Under the pieces are notes generated by a model. That model searched no databases. It saw only the letters and a program-made list of their open reading frames with translations, and had not been told where the DNA came from. A program made the position numbers and the translations under genes. This document shows positions 19,668 to 29,994 of a stretch of DNA of 64,000 nucleotides, piece by piece. Within the stretch, counting starts at the first letter, position 1. Every line of letters begins with the position of its first letter. Source of the stretch: a candidate division FCPU426 bacterium (GTDB lineage: Bacteria; Oederibacteriota; JAAXVQ01; JAUVAV01); the NCBI GenBank assembly GCA_030591525.1, contig JAUVAV010000009.1:16805-80804 (forward strand). Reading direction: 5' to 3'.

Positions 19668-21092
19668 TTAATATGCCTCTTTATGATGAAACACATCCAG
19701 CAAGGTTTGTATGAGCAATTTAAGGTCTAGGGCCAGGGACCAGTTTTCCACATACCACAGGTCATACTTGGTCCGCTCTTCTATCGGCGTGTTGCCCCGC
19801 AGGCCGTGAATCTGGGCCCAGCCGGTTATGCCGGCCTTGACTTGATGCCGGTCCAGGTAGCGGGGAATTGTATCCTCAAACTGCTTTACAAAATGAGGCC
19901 TTTCCGGACGGGGTCCGACCAGGCTCATCTCGCCCTTTAGAACATTAAAAAGCTGCGGCAATTCGTCGAGCGAGGTTTTTCTCAAAAAGCGTCCGATCCG
20001 GGTCCGGCGGACATCTTCTTTCCGGGCCCAGACCGGCCCGGTTGAGTTTTCGGCATCCTGGCGCATGGAGCGGAATTTGAAAATAGTAAACGGCTGGTTC
20101 CCCCTGCCAACCCGCTCCTGCCGAAAAAAAACCGGTCCGGCTGAGGAGAATTTTATTGCCAGACCCAGAATTAATAAAAGCGGCGAAAGCAGAATTATAG
20201 CCGGAACGACGCAGACCAGATCAAGGCCGCGTTTTAATATCCGGGACAGCGGCTTGGACAGCGGCGCTTCCTTAAGCGCAAAAACCGGAATGCCGGAAAT
20301 CTCTTCCATTGTCATGGGATTGGTGATAATTCCAAATAAATCAGAGACGATCTTGAATTCCACGCCTGGGAATTGCGCAGTCAGCAGGGCTTCTGCGGTC
20401 CGCGCATGCGCGGTCGCCGGAAGGGCGAAAACCACCTCGTCTATTCTCTCTTGCCGGATAATTTCATTTAAATCATTCAGGCTTCCCAGCACCCGGTCCC
20501 TTCGGCCCGGTCCCGGGGACTGCTCCCTCAGCCCGGCATTTTTCTGATCAGTCACAAATCCTATCAACCGGTAACCTAATCCCGGAAATCGTTTCACCTG
20601 ATCGGCTATGAAATAGGCGGTCTCGGTCATACCCACCAGGGCCAAGCGGGATATTCCCACGCCCCGGCGCCTGAGACTGATCTGAATCCGGCGCAGCCAG
20701 GAACGCGCCAGCACGGTTAAAACCAGGGTAAATCCCCAGGCATAGAACAGCACTATACGGGAGTAGGTCACGCGGCGGTAGAAAAAGCTTAAACCAACAA
20801 TAATTAAAAAAGCCACGGTCAAAGCCTTAAATATCCGCGGGAATTCATCCACTCCTGAAATACCGCGGCGCTGAATATAAAGCCCGGCATACTGGAAACA
20901 AATCAGAGTCACGCCGATCACTATGGGCATGGCTTGCAGGTATAAAGTCACCTCCGGGACATTGTGCCGCAGGGGAATGGGCCATCCGCAAAACCTTAAA
21001 TAGTAGGCCGCTAAAAAAGCCGCACTCACCACCAGGATATCCGTGCCCAGGTTAAGGTAATAAAATAATTTGGACAAGCCTTGACGAATCAT
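19668..21092 (-). CDS. wcaJ: Undecaprenyl-phosphate glycosylphosphotransferase (WcaJ/WbaP family)
   Basis: [35 protein letters not shown] and DLWYVENWS. Confidence 0.88.
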   Translation of the reverse strand: MIRQGLSKLFYYLNLGTDILVVSAAFLAAYYLRFCGWPIPLRHNVPEVTLYLQAMPIVIGVTLICFQYAGLYIQRRGISGVDEFPRIFKALTVAFLIIVGLSFFYRRVTYSRIVLFYAWGFTLVLTVLARSWLRRIQISLRRRGVGISRLALVGMTETAYFIADQVKRFPGLGYRLIGFVTDQKNAGLREQSPGPGRRDRVLGSLNDLNEIIRQERIDEVVFALPATAHARTAEALLTAQFPGVEFKIVSDLFGIITNPMTMEEISGIPVFALKEAPLSKPLSRILKRGLDLVCVVPAIILLSPLLLILGLAIKFSSAGPVFFRQERVGRGNQPFTIFKFRSMRQDAENSTGPVWARKEDVRRTRIGRFLRKTSLDELPQLFNVLKGEMSLVGPRPERPHFVKQFEDTIPRYLDRHQVKAGITGWAQIHGLRGNTPIEERTKYDLWYVENWSLALDLKLLIQTLLDVFHHKEAY

Positions 21093-21107
21093 TATAACCT
21101 CAATTAA

Positions 21108-22199
21108 TTATATCTTCTCCAGGCAAGCCTTAATCGTATCTGCCAATTCCGATTTGAACCGGGAGCGATTAAATTGCATGGCCCGCGACCTGATTTTCCC
21201 AGGATCCCAAACCATGGTTTGGGACTCCTTTATTGCTTCCCGCAACGAGGCAGGTGTGGGCTGATTAAAAAATATCCCGGTTTCACCCTGGACCACGGTT
21301 TCCCGAACTCCGCCCTTGCCATAAGCGATTACCGGCCGGCCGGAAGCCATGGCTTCCAACGGAGTTATGCCGAAATCCTCTTCCCCGGGAAAGATAAAGG
21401 CACGGCATTGCGCGTAAAGCTCAACCAGTTTTTCGGTTCCGGGTTTTTCCAAAAACTTTACGCACGGGCCGGCCAGACGTTGCAGGCGTTTTTTTTCCGG
21501 CCCGCTCCCCACTACCATGAGCGGCAGCTTGAGCTCATTACAGGCAACAATGGCCCGGTCAACGCGCTTGTAAGGCACCAAAGCCGAAACTACCAGGTAA
21601 AATCCGCCGGATTCCCGGGCAATTTGGAAACGCTCAATCTCAACCGGCGGATGAACAACCGCGGCCGGACGGTGATAGTATTTTTTTATCCGGCGCGCCA
21701 CATGCTGGGAATTGGCGATAAAAGCATCGACTCTGCCAGCAGTCACTGTGTCCCAAACCCGCAGACGACTGATCGCCAAAGAGACAAAAAATCGTTTTAG
21801 CCGGCCCCGGTTTCCAGCGGGAAAATATTCATGATACTGTTCCCAGGCATACCGCATAGGAGTATGACAGTAGCATATGTGCGGCGTGCCGGGCTGAGTA
21901 ATAGCGCCCTTGGCTACGCAATGCGAGGAAGAGATAACCAGGTCATAGGGACGCAGGTCGAATTGCTCTACCGCGGCTGGAAAAAACGGCAAGTAATTCC
22001 GGTAATGCCTCCGCGCTCCGGGCAGGTCTTGAATAAATGAAGTTATGACCCGGTGTCTCCGGATAATCGGAGAAATATTTTCCGGCTCGCAGAGCAGGGT
22101 ATAAACATCCGCTTGGGGATAAAGCTCGCAGAGCACTTCCAGCACTTTCTCGCCGCCCCGCATCCCATTAAGCCAGTCGTGCACCAAAGCTACATTCAT
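21108..22199 (-). CDS. Glycosyltransferase family 4
   Basis: MNVALVHDWL..RGGEKVL and EDFGITPLEAMASG; start ATG 22199. Confidence 0.9.
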   Translation of the reverse strand: MNVALVHDWLNGMRGGEKVLEVLCELYPQADVYTLLCEPENISPIIRRHRVITSFIQDLPGARRHYRNYLPFFPAAVEQFDLRPYDLVISSSHCVAKGAITQPGTPHICYCHTPMRYAWEQYHEYFPAGNRGRLKRFFVSLAISRLRVWDTVTAGRVDAFIANSQHVARRIKKYYHRPAAVVHPPVEIERFQIARESGGFYLVVSALVPYKRVDRAIVACNELKLPLMVVGSGPEKKRLQRLAGPCVKFLEKPGTEKLVELYAQCRAFIFPGEEDFGITPLEAMASGRPVIAYGKGGVRETVVQGETGIFFNQPTPASLREAIKESQTMVWDPGKIRSRAMQFNRSRFKSELADTIKACLEKI

Positions 22200-23362
22200 T
22201 ACGGATGAGATCCCTTCATTTTCAATAACTCCCCGGCCGCTTCCAGCACCTCGTTGGCCTTGATTCCCCGCATGCATGCCATGGTCCCTTCCCGGCAAAT
22301 TGTTACATCCTTTTGGCGAACCGTGACCGGAGTATAGCACGGCGAACAGGCCAAGGCATGGCGCACTACCCGGTGATGGGACCCGCGCGGCGCCAGCAGG
22401 TTAGGGTCAGTCGGCCCGAAAATAGATACTGTTGGTATTCCAACCGCGTCAGCTATGTGCAGCGGCCCGGAATCCCCGCCGATAAACAAGTCGCACTGTT
22501 TGAGCAAGGCTGCCAGCATAAGCAGGGAAGTCCGGCCCTCGGATCGAATGGCCGGAGGATCAAGCTGTACTCCCGCTAATAAGCGATCGATTACTTCAGC
22601 GTCCTGGGTGTTGCCCACCATGAGCATGCAGGCCTTAAAGCCACGGCTTAACTCTTGGCAAACCTCTTGGTAGCCTTCCAGCGGCCAGCGCTTGGTAGTC
22701 ATAACCGTTCCGGGGTTAACTCCTCCCCCGGGAAAAAGCGCCACTAAAGGCCCGGCTTTCCGCTTATATCCCTGTTGGGTCAAAAAGTCTTTCGCCGCTT
22801 GCTCAAGTTCAGGGGGCACGGCCAAGTCCAAGCTCCGGCTTTCCGCACTTAAGCCTAGAAACTTCAAGCCTTCAAGGTCCCGATCCACTTCATGAGCTTC
22901 GGGCCGAAAAGGCACTGGATGCGTATGGGCAAAACCACGCCCTTCCCAATCAAAACCAATGCGAATAGGTACATTCCCAGCGGCTGCCAGCAAACCGGCC
23001 AGCGGAGTTCGGTGCAGAATAAATGCCAGGTCAAATTGACCCTTCCGCACAGCCCGGATGGCTTGCCAGGCCCGCCTTAGCTTTTCCATCCTTCCCACTG
23101 GTTCATAGGCGTTGAATTCAATGATGTTGCTCACCCGGGGATCCCGGGACACCAACTCCCCGCACCAGGAGCTTACCATATAAGTTATGCGGACTCGAGG
23201 ATAATTACTCTGCAGAACCCGCAATAAAGGAGTAGTGAAAAGAATATCCCCAATGCAGCAAAGCTTGATTACCAGGATGCGCTGAATATTCTCCGCCCTT
23301 ACCGGACGTGGTTTGGCCGATTGAAAAAAGACCCGCAATAATCGAAAAAATAGTTTTTTCAT
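22199..23362 (-). CDS. Glycosyltransferase family 9 (heptosyltransferase-like)
   Basis: IGDILFTTP, KRWP, DSGPLHIA and FGPT. Confidence 0.9.
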   Translation of the reverse strand: MKKLFFRLLRVFFQSAKPRPVRAENIQRILVIKLCCIGDILFTTPLLRVLQSNYPRVRITYMVSSWCGELVSRDPRVSNIIEFNAYEPVGRMEKLRRAWQAIRAVRKGQFDLAFILHRTPLAGLLAAAGNVPIRIGFDWEGRGFAHTHPVPFRPEAHEVDRDLEGLKFLGLSAESRSLDLAVPPELEQAAKDFLTQQGYKRKAGPLVALFPGGGVNPGTVMTTKRWPLEGYQEVCQELSRGFKACMLMVGNTQDAEVIDRLLAGVQLDPPAIRSEGRTSLLMLAALLKQCDLFIGGDSGPLHIADAVGIPTVSIFGPTDPNLLAPRGSHHRVVRHALACSPCYTPVTVRQKDVTICREGTMACMRGIKANEVLEAAGELLKMKGSHP

Positions 23363-23439
23363 TCACCTTTGCCTGATCCGGCCAAACCGGAAGTAATTTA
23401 GGATTATTAATTTACCTTAGGAATAACATAAAGACAATT

Positions 23440-23473
23440 AAAAAAAACGGGCGGTAACCGCCCGTTTTTTTTT
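23440..23473. terminator. Bidirectional intrinsic terminator
   Basis: A8-CGGGCGG-TAA-CCGCCCG-T9. Confidence 0.88.
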
Positions 23474-23478
23474 ACTCA

Positions 23479-23508
23479 TTGACACTCCCTTCCAGCCTCT
23501 GATATATT
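23479..23508 (+). promoter_or_regulatory. Sigma70-like promoter of the plus-strand diguanylate cyclase
   Basis: TTGACA, 18-bp spacer ending in TGn, TATATT; 35 bp before ATG 23544. Confidence 0.55.
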
Positions 23509-23543
23509 TTTCTTGAAAAATAATTACCTATCGGCTGGACAGA

Positions 23544-24845
23544 ATGAAATTTCTGCTTAATTTATTAATTGGTGATTCGACGTTTGCTAAGCGACGGGCT
23601 GTTACACGCTTGATTATGCCTATGGTTTTGCTGATATTGGCTTATCTTGCAATGGACGCGGTCTTAATGCTGCAACCTGCATACCAGGTTCTGTTGGTTA
23701 ATCTGCCTTATCTTCTGATTTTGCTGGCCATAGTGCTGAGCCAGCACTTTAGCCAGGGACGTGTGGGATTCGCGGCATTGATAATGGGCCTGGCCTACTG
23801 GGTGATCCAGAACCGGCTGCAAACTCCCCTGTCCGAGGGAACGGTTCTGCTTGAATATGTGCTATTAGGCGCCGGATTAGCGGTTAATCTGCCGCTGTTC
23901 GCAATGCTGCCTGAGCGCCGGATGTTTTCCCGCCGCGGATTGATTTATCTGGTTTTATTGATAAGCCAGCTGGGAGCGGCCGCTTTTTTTGTTTCCTTAA
24001 TATCAGCTCAGCCGGACAGCAGTCTGGCCGGTTCAGTGAGCAATTTTCTGGCAATCTACTTTTCCCGCCCCTTTGAGCAGTTCATTCTTCCTTTGCGGTT
24101 GGCAGCTTTGCTAACGCTGAGCCTGGGTTTTATTATTGCGCTGCAATTTACCCGAGGCCATATTGCGGACCAGGTTTTCTTTGGTTCCATATTAGCCGTT
24201 GGTTGGACTTTGGTGAAATTCCAACAACCGTTTATTTCCACCCTGCTGTTTAGCGCCACAGCCGCGGTTATGCTGCTAAACCTGTTTCTCAGCAGTCATG
24301 ATATGGCGTTTCTTGATGAGCTGACCGGACTGCCCGGGCGGCGGGCGTTAAACACCGAGTTAAAGCATTTGGGCCGTTGTTATACGATTGCCATGCTGGA
24401 CGTGGATCACTTCAAAAAGTTCAATGATACCTGGGGGCATGACACCGGCGACAACGTATTGCGCCTGGTGTCCTCCCGGATGATAAATTTAAAAGGCGTG
24501 GGCAAGGCTTATCGCTATGGCGGCGAAGAGTTCCTGGTTTTGTTTAATGGTATGAGCGCCCAGGACTGCAAGTCCCACCTTGAAATGCTAAGAGAGGCAA
24601 TCGCTGAATATAAAATAACCATCCGCGATGCCAAGCGGCGGCCGTCTGATAAAAAAGGAATATGTATGCGGGGCGAAAAAAGACCCGGCAAACAAGTTAG
24701 TGTCACGATCAGTATTGGCGCTGCCGAGCGGAATCAACACATAACCACGCCGAACGAGGTAATCAAAGCCGCGGATAAAGCTTTGTACAAGGCAAAAAAA
24801 GCCGGACGTAATTGCGTGGTAACCGCTAGGAGTTTGAGCAATTAG
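23544..24845 (+). CDS. Multi-TM diguanylate cyclase
   Basis: Multiple TM segments, then DELTGLPGRR, DVDHFKKFNDTWGH and RYGGEEF; no RxxD I-site; stop codon lies inside the 24826 repeat. Confidence 0.92.
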   Translation: MKFLLNLLIGDSTFAKRRAVTRLIMPMVLLILAYLAMDAVLMLQPAYQVLLVNLPYLLILLAIVLSQHFSQGRVGFAALIMGLAYWVIQNRLQTPLSEGTVLLEYVLLGAGLAVNLPLFAMLPERRMFSRRGLIYLVLLISQLGAAAFFVSLISAQPDSSLAGSVSNFLAIYFSRPFEQFILPLRLAALLTLSLGFIIALQFTRGHIADQVFFGSILAVGWTLVKFQQPFISTLLFSATAAVMLLNLFLSSHDMAFLDELTGLPGRRALNTELKHLGRCYTIAMLDVDHFKKFNDTWGHDTGDNVLRLVSSRMINLKGVGKAYRYGGEEFLVLFNGMSAQDCKSHLEMLREAIAEYKITIRDAKRRPSDKKGICMRGEKRPGKQVSVTISIGAAERNQHITTPNEVIKAADKALYKAKKAGRNCVVTARSLSN

Positions 24846-24872
24846 TCTATGACTAAATGCTCAGGCTCCTAG
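24826..24872. mobile_element. 47-bp minimal TIR-TIR element, same family as 12410
   Basis: CTAGGAGTTTGAGCAATTAGTCTATGACTAAATGCTCAGGCTCCTAG; near-identical inverted copy at 12409-12452. Confidence 0.75.
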
Positions 24873-25044
24873 TGTCGTGTCTCGGAAATAGATTCAATAA
24901 GACCTCCCCCTTTGGAAAAGGGGGATCGAGGGGGATTTGCCAGAAAAACCCACCCACGATTGATAAAATCCCCCCTGCCCCCCTTTTGTGAAAGGGGGAA
25001 AATCAGCACGAATTATTGAACGAATTTCTGAGACACTACACTAG
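24869..25044. mobile_element. MITE with CTAG ends (IS630-like TIRs by inference) enclosing an inverted pair of C/G-tract hairpins
   Basis: The terminal 32 nt are 27/32 complementary; internal hairpin repeats at 24905-24938 and 24966-24999. Confidence 0.82.
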
Positions 25045-25047
25045 CGT

Positions 25048-26172
25048 TTAAATATTCAACCATTGCCTGGCCGCCTGAATGGTTTCCTCCACGACCGCCT
25101 CTTTCCCAGGATGGCGGATTACCGTGGAGCGCACTCCTTCTCCCCAGGGGCCCCACTCTTCCGGCGTATTGGTTTCGCTCCATAATATAACCACCGGGAT
25201 TCCCTGGGTTACTGCCAAATGGGCAGGCCCGGAATCATTCCCAACAAATAAATCCGCTGCTACGGTCAAGGCTCCCAGGCCGCGCAGCGAGGTCTCGCCG
25301 GCCAGTATTCTGACCGGCTGTTGGCATAATCCGGCAACATTCTCAGCCAGGGATTTTTCCGCGGCTGTGCCCACCAGGACAATTTCACAGCCATGCTCTG
25401 TCAATGCGTCGCAAACCTGGGCAAAAGCGGTTGGCGGCCAGCACTTGGCAGGATCGCCAGAACCAGGATGCATTACAACTTTATATCCAGCGCCATGCCA
25501 TATTTTTTCCCCGCGCTGAAGTTCATCCGCATTTAAAGCCAGAGGGATAAAGGTCTGGGGCGTTTCCCTGGCTCCCAGGGCCCGGACCGCGTCCAAATCC
25601 CGCTCTACCTCGTGAACCTGGGCCCGCAGTTTGAGCGGTAAGTGCAGAAGAAAACCTCCGCCCGTTATACCGTATCCAACTCTCACCCTGATTCCGGCCA
25701 GCATAAGCAGGATATGATGCCGCAGATCTCCGCGCAGATCAAGGGAGAGGTCAAAATGGCGGTGCCGCAGTTCGCGAACCAAGCCCCCAAAACCCACCTG
25801 TTTATGGCCGGCATCCGACCGCTTAAACCAGGGGGCTTGCCAAATTATCGTCTCGTCAATACCGGGATCTTGGCTAAGCAAGGCCGCGCCCGCTCTGGAA
25901 ACCAATACCGTTATCCGCGCCTGGGGATAAAGCGCTCTGAGGGCCTGGAAACAGGGACGTGCAAAAAGAAGATCTCCAATATGATCCAGCCGGATTACCA
26001 GAATCCTGGCCGGGTTGGCCAGCACCTTGGGATCGGGCCGCAATCCCCTTCCCCAGGTAAAAAGTTTCACCAGTATACTGCCTGCCAGATCCAGTATCCC
26101 AGCGCCTAACCTCAGCCAGAAAGAGCGAAAAACATAACATCGTTCTCCCCGCCCGCATGATGACTGCTTCAT
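25048..26172 (-). CDS. Glycosyltransferase family 9
   Basis: RLDHIGDLL, HEVERDL, HPGSG..KCWP and GNDSGPAHLA. Confidence 0.9.
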   Translation of the reverse strand: MKQSSCGRGERCYVFRSFWLRLGAGILDLAGSILVKLFTWGRGLRPDPKVLANPARILVIRLDHIGDLLFARPCFQALRALYPQARITVLVSRAGAALLSQDPGIDETIIWQAPWFKRSDAGHKQVGFGGLVRELRHRHFDLSLDLRGDLRHHILLMLAGIRVRVGYGITGGGFLLHLPLKLRAQVHEVERDLDAVRALGARETPQTFIPLALNADELQRGEKIWHGAGYKVVMHPGSGDPAKCWPPTAFAQVCDALTEHGCEIVLVGTAAEKSLAENVAGLCQQPVRILAGETSLRGLGALTVAADLFVGNDSGPAHLAVTQGIPVVILWSETNTPEEWGPWGEGVRSTVIRHPGKEAVVEETIQAARQWLNI

Positions 26173-27662
26173 AAGACTTTAGGTTCAAAGAGAATGATGC
26201 GTATTCCCCCTGACTGATGTTCATATTTCGGTTTGTATCCGGACAAAAACCATTCCCGGATCAACTTCTGGGACCGGCCCTGATTCACCAACACCAGCCA
26301 TACCCGCTGTTTACCTGCAAAAAGGGATTTTAACTGATCAATATTCTCACGGTCAATGTAAAAGTAGTTCTTAGTAACTCCGGAAATCGGATCATAAGTG
26401 CCCGGGATTCCCTGGATCAGGACATCATCGCGCAAGTAGTAATCCAAAGGGTTTTCGTTCCAGGCCGGGTAGATGGCCACAGCCTCATCCTTCCGGACCT
26501 GCTTCTCAATAATCGCCGCGACCTCCCTCCAGTTATCATAATATCCATACACGAAATATTGATTCCCCATCGGGATGGCAAAACCCGCCAGTATGAGCCC
26601 GCCAACAATAATACTTTTCCTGCGCGGAAGCGCGGCGAGCGCAGCGCCCAGCAGCAGCAGCCAGGCAGCGGCCGAAAAACTAAGATACCGGTTATCAAAA
26701 ACATTTATTTTATTTATGGAATAGGCCCACACTAAACCCAGGGGAACAAAAACACTTGTAAAGATCAATCCCCAGGCTCTCGGCAACATCACCCCATACC
26801 AATCCCGCCACCGTGGAAAAAGATACGCGCCGATCGAAATTGCAGCTGCCAATAGCAGGCTCCCGGCGGAAAGCTTATCCGCCAGAGTCCAGCAAGACGT
26901 GCCTACCATAAAGATGTAAAACGAGTGCAGGGGTTCGAACCACGAAGTGCTTGTTCCGCGCCAGGACGGCCCGCCGCGGCTTAGATGCTCCCAAAATATG
27001 GAAAGCCAGGGAGCATAACCTAATAACAGAAACATTTGGATCAGCATCCAGGCTTTTCTTTTTTTTCGGGAAAGTTTTAATTTACCAATCCCCATAAATA
27101 TATAAAGGTGCTGGGAAAACAAAACCAGAAACCCAAAATAGTGCGTATATAAGGCTGCCAGCATGGCCGCTCCATACCCAACCATTGACCAGATCCTATC
27201 ATCATTTAAAAAGCGCCAGAAAAAATACCATGCCAGCACTGCCAGCAGTGCCAAAAGTCCGGCCATGCGGCCCGAACGCGAAAGCTCCAGAAAATATGGA
27301 GAAAAAGTCACTAATCCGGCCGTAAACCAGGCTGCCCGGCGGTTTATCATAGCCTCAACAAGTTTGAAGATCACTGGAATTAAAAGCGCACCGATTAGAG
27401 CGGAAAGCGAGCGCAGAGCGAATTCGCTCGTTCCGAATAAGCGGATCCATGCGCCCAGCAGGATATGAAAAAGCGGGGGATGGATATCCATGACCGCGCC
27501 CTGCACAATTCCCTTCCAATCTGCCGAGGCCAGCTTCAAGCTATAGGCCTCATCCAGCCAGAGGGAACGGAAACCCAGGCGGAAAAGCCTCAGACCCAGG
27601 GCCAGCAGTGTCAGCCCTGCCAGATAAAAGCGAGGTTGTTTTATGTTTTTTATTTCTATCAC
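26169..27662 (-). CDS. GT-C membrane glycosyltransferase (PMT/ArnT-like)
   Basis: SLWLDEAYS, DIHPPLF, SEFALRSLS and YTHYFG; many TM segments. Confidence 0.85.
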   Translation of the reverse strand: MIEIKNIKQPRFYLAGLTLLALGLRLFRLGFRSLWLDEAYSLKLASADWKGIVQGAVMDIHPPLFHILLGAWIRLFGTSEFALRSLSALIGALLIPVIFKLVEAMINRRAAWFTAGLVTFSPYFLELSRSGRMAGLLALLAVLAWYFFWRFLNDDRIWSMVGYGAAMLAALYTHYFGFLVLFSQHLYIFMGIGKLKLSRKKRKAWMLIQMFLLLGYAPWLSIFWEHLSRGGPSWRGTSTSWFEPLHSFYIFMVGTSCWTLADKLSAGSLLLAAAISIGAYLFPRWRDWYGVMLPRAWGLIFTSVFVPLGLVWAYSINKINVFDNRYLSFSAAAWLLLLGAALAALPRRKSIIVGGLILAGFAIPMGNQYFVYGYYDNWREVAAIIEKQVRKDEAVAIYPAWNENPLDYYLRDDVLIQGIPGTYDPISGVTKNYFYIDRENIDQLKSLFAGKQRVWLVLVNQGRSQKLIREWFLSGYKPKYEHQSGGIRIILFEPKVL

Positions 27663-28810
27663 CTAACCGGTTTCCCCTCTTTTTCCGCCTTTACTCTCTC
27701 ATACACTCTTTCCAGCTCTGGCACCATCCGGTCCCAGGAATACTGCCTGGCTATCAGGCGCGCGGCTTGCCCCATACTCTGCCGGAGGTCCATACTATCC
27801 GCTAAATGGTCCAGGGCTTGGGCCACGGTTTCATCATCCGCCAGGGCCGGCAGCAGGAGTCCTGCTTGCCCTGATTTTATTAATTCTGCGGCTCCGGCAT
27901 GCCGGGTAATGATAAGGGGAAGGCCGCATGCCATGGCCTCGAGCATTGCCAGGCCAAAAGCTTCATATTCCGGCAAGGCGGTATAAATATCCCCGACAAC
28001 ATAGGCGGAAAGGACATCGGCCCCAACAGCCAGGAAGCGCACCCGCTCACGCACGCCTAATTTTCCGGCTAAAGCAGCCAGGGAGGGAGGGTAATCTTTT
28101 CCAGAAGCTATCAACAAATCGATTCTGCGGTTGCGGACCTGGGCCAAGGCCCTGATCAAACGTTCCGCCCCCTTTAAACGCGGAGAGTTAGCCACCAGTA
28201 CCAGGACAATTTTTTCTCTGGCTATTCCCAACTGCGCTCTCAACTCATCGCGCTGTTCCCTCAGCCCCGGCTCCCAATACTTCTCCCCTGTTCCCGGGTA
28301 GACCACCTGGCAGGAAATCCGGCGTGTGGTTGGGTAAACGGCCCGCACCTGCTTCCCTACGCGGCGGGATATGGCGATTAATTGCCGGGCGCTGGAAAAC
28401 GCCATACGTTCCAGGGAGACAATGGTGCGATGCGCCGGGCTGAACCCTTTCCGCATTTGGTTTTCCATACCCGGATGAAGCCTGAGCGATGCCCGCATAC
28501 CGGCCAAATGGCAGGAATGGGCTGTCACCACGTCTCCCCAAGTTCCATCCGAACCCTGGGTATGCACAATATCATATTGGCCCTGCCGCGCGGCCCGGCC
28601 GGCAGCCTTGCTGAAACTGTAAATGGAGAACCACCAGGGCCGGTCAGGTACCTTGATAGGCACTATTTCGGCATTACAGTCCACAGCCTCCCGGGGATTG
28701 GTCAAAACATGGACCTCATGACGTTCGGCCAGCCGTTGGGCCAATTCATAAGTATAAAGCTCAATGCCGGCTCCGGGCCGGCATCCGCGCGAGATTAAAG
28801 CTATTCGCAT
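27659..28810 (-). CDS. Glycosyltransferase family 4
   Basis: EAFGLAMLEAMACGLP; start ATG 28810. Confidence 0.88.
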   Translation of the reverse strand: MRIALISRGCRPGAGIELYTYELAQRLAERHEVHVLTNPREAVDCNAEIVPIKVPDRPWWFSIYSFSKAAGRAARQGQYDIVHTQGSDGTWGDVVTAHSCHLAGMRASLRLHPGMENQMRKGFSPAHRTIVSLERMAFSSARQLIAISRRVGKQVRAVYPTTRRISCQVVYPGTGEKYWEPGLREQRDELRAQLGIAREKIVLVLVANSPRLKGAERLIRALAQVRNRRIDLLIASGKDYPPSLAALAGKLGVRERVRFLAVGADVLSAYVVGDIYTALPEYEAFGLAMLEAMACGLPLIITRHAGAAELIKSGQAGLLLPALADDETVAQALDHLADSMDLRQSMGQAARLIARQYSWDRMVPELERVYERVKAEKEGKPVR

Positions 28811-29925
28811 TATTCCCTTCTTCCCAGAATTTGTCGGTATACTTCCAGCGTTTGCCGCGCTATGCATTCAGTCGTAAATTTATCTATGACACGTTGCCGG
28901 CCGCGACGCGCCAGTTCATCCGCCCGGACAGGATTCGCGTGTAATTTGATTATACTCTCAGCCAGCTGTTTCTCATCTCCCTCGGGAAATATCAATCCCG
29001 CCTCCCCAATGACATGCGGAATCTCCCCGGAATCAGAACCGATTACCGGAATTTCACAGGCCATGGCTTCTACCAATATCCGGCCGAATTGCTCTTTCCA
29101 TTGCGCCCGGGTTTCTGAGGGCAGAACCAGCACATCCAGTTGGTTCAAAGCCTGGGGCATCTGAGCATTATCCCTCACCCCCAAAAACTCCACCTGAATC
29201 CGTGGAGCCAGAGATTTAATTTGCAGTTTAAGCTGTTTTTCATATTCACCACAGCCCGCGATAATCAATCGGCCGGGGAAATCTAATCGCGCGACTGCGC
29301 GTATCAGCGTACTAAGCCCTTTCTCCTCCAGCAGACGTCCGAAATAGCCTATGGTATAGGCCGGTCGGGGAATCTTTTTTATCTCAGGCCGGGGCCGGAA
29401 CTTCTCCGGATCCACGCCGTATTGGGGAATAACCGTGCAAGGCCCTTTATAACCCCGGCTACGGAGAACCTGCTCGGCTTCACGATTGCCTGCCAAAGCC
29501 CATCCGACCCGGGACAGATTATGGTTATAAATCCAATCCAAAGGTATTTTGTATTTACGTAAAATATTCTCCCAGGTAAAAAAAATCATGGGCACATTCA
29601 GGCGCCGGGCGTAATGAAATGCCTGCCAGCAGACCAGGGAATAGGGCTCCTCTTCAACATGAATAATTCCGGGTTTTATCTCTTTGATTAACCGGCCCAG
29701 CCCTGGCAAATGGAAGCCCCCGACCCGCCCCAGAAAACGTCCGGCAAGAACATGAAGCCTTGCCCCTTTCTCCCTTCCGGGCTGCGGCGCCTGTACCCAG
29801 CGCCCTCCCTCGGGCCAGCCGGCCGGAAGCGCCAGGTGCAGATCGCACCCCGAACGCGCCAGCACATGAAACTTATCCCTATATAGTCCTACTACCGCGC
29901 TATGGGAAATAACCAGAATCTTCAT
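28810..29925 (-). CDS. Glycosyltransferase family 4
   Basis: GRLLEEKG and EQFGRILVEAMACEIPVIGS. Confidence 0.9.
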   Translation of the reverse strand: MKILVISHSAVVGLYRDKFHVLARSGCDLHLALPAGWPEGGRWVQAPQPGREKGARLHVLAGRFLGRVGGFHLPGLGRLIKEIKPGIIHVEEEPYSLVCWQAFHYARRLNVPMIFFTWENILRKYKIPLDWIYNHNLSRVGWALAGNREAEQVLRSRGYKGPCTVIPQYGVDPEKFRPRPEIKKIPRPAYTIGYFGRLLEEKGLSTLIRAVARLDFPGRLIIAGCGEYEKQLKLQIKSLAPRIQVEFLGVRDNAQMPQALNQLDVLVLPSETRAQWKEQFGRILVEAMACEIPVIGSDSGEIPHVIGEAGLIFPEGDEKQLAESIIKLHANPVRADELARRGRQRVIDKFTTECIARQTLEVYRQILGRRE

Positions 29926-29994
29926 TTATAAATTTTCATCCCTTGACAATACCCCGCTTAATTCCAAAATACTCCGCCTTTTTAACAGCATGTT

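Noticed and set aside
29943..29970. TTGACA-16 bp-CAAAAT plus-strand promoter-like motif
   Set aside because: Weak -10 element, and it points antisense into the cupin gene.
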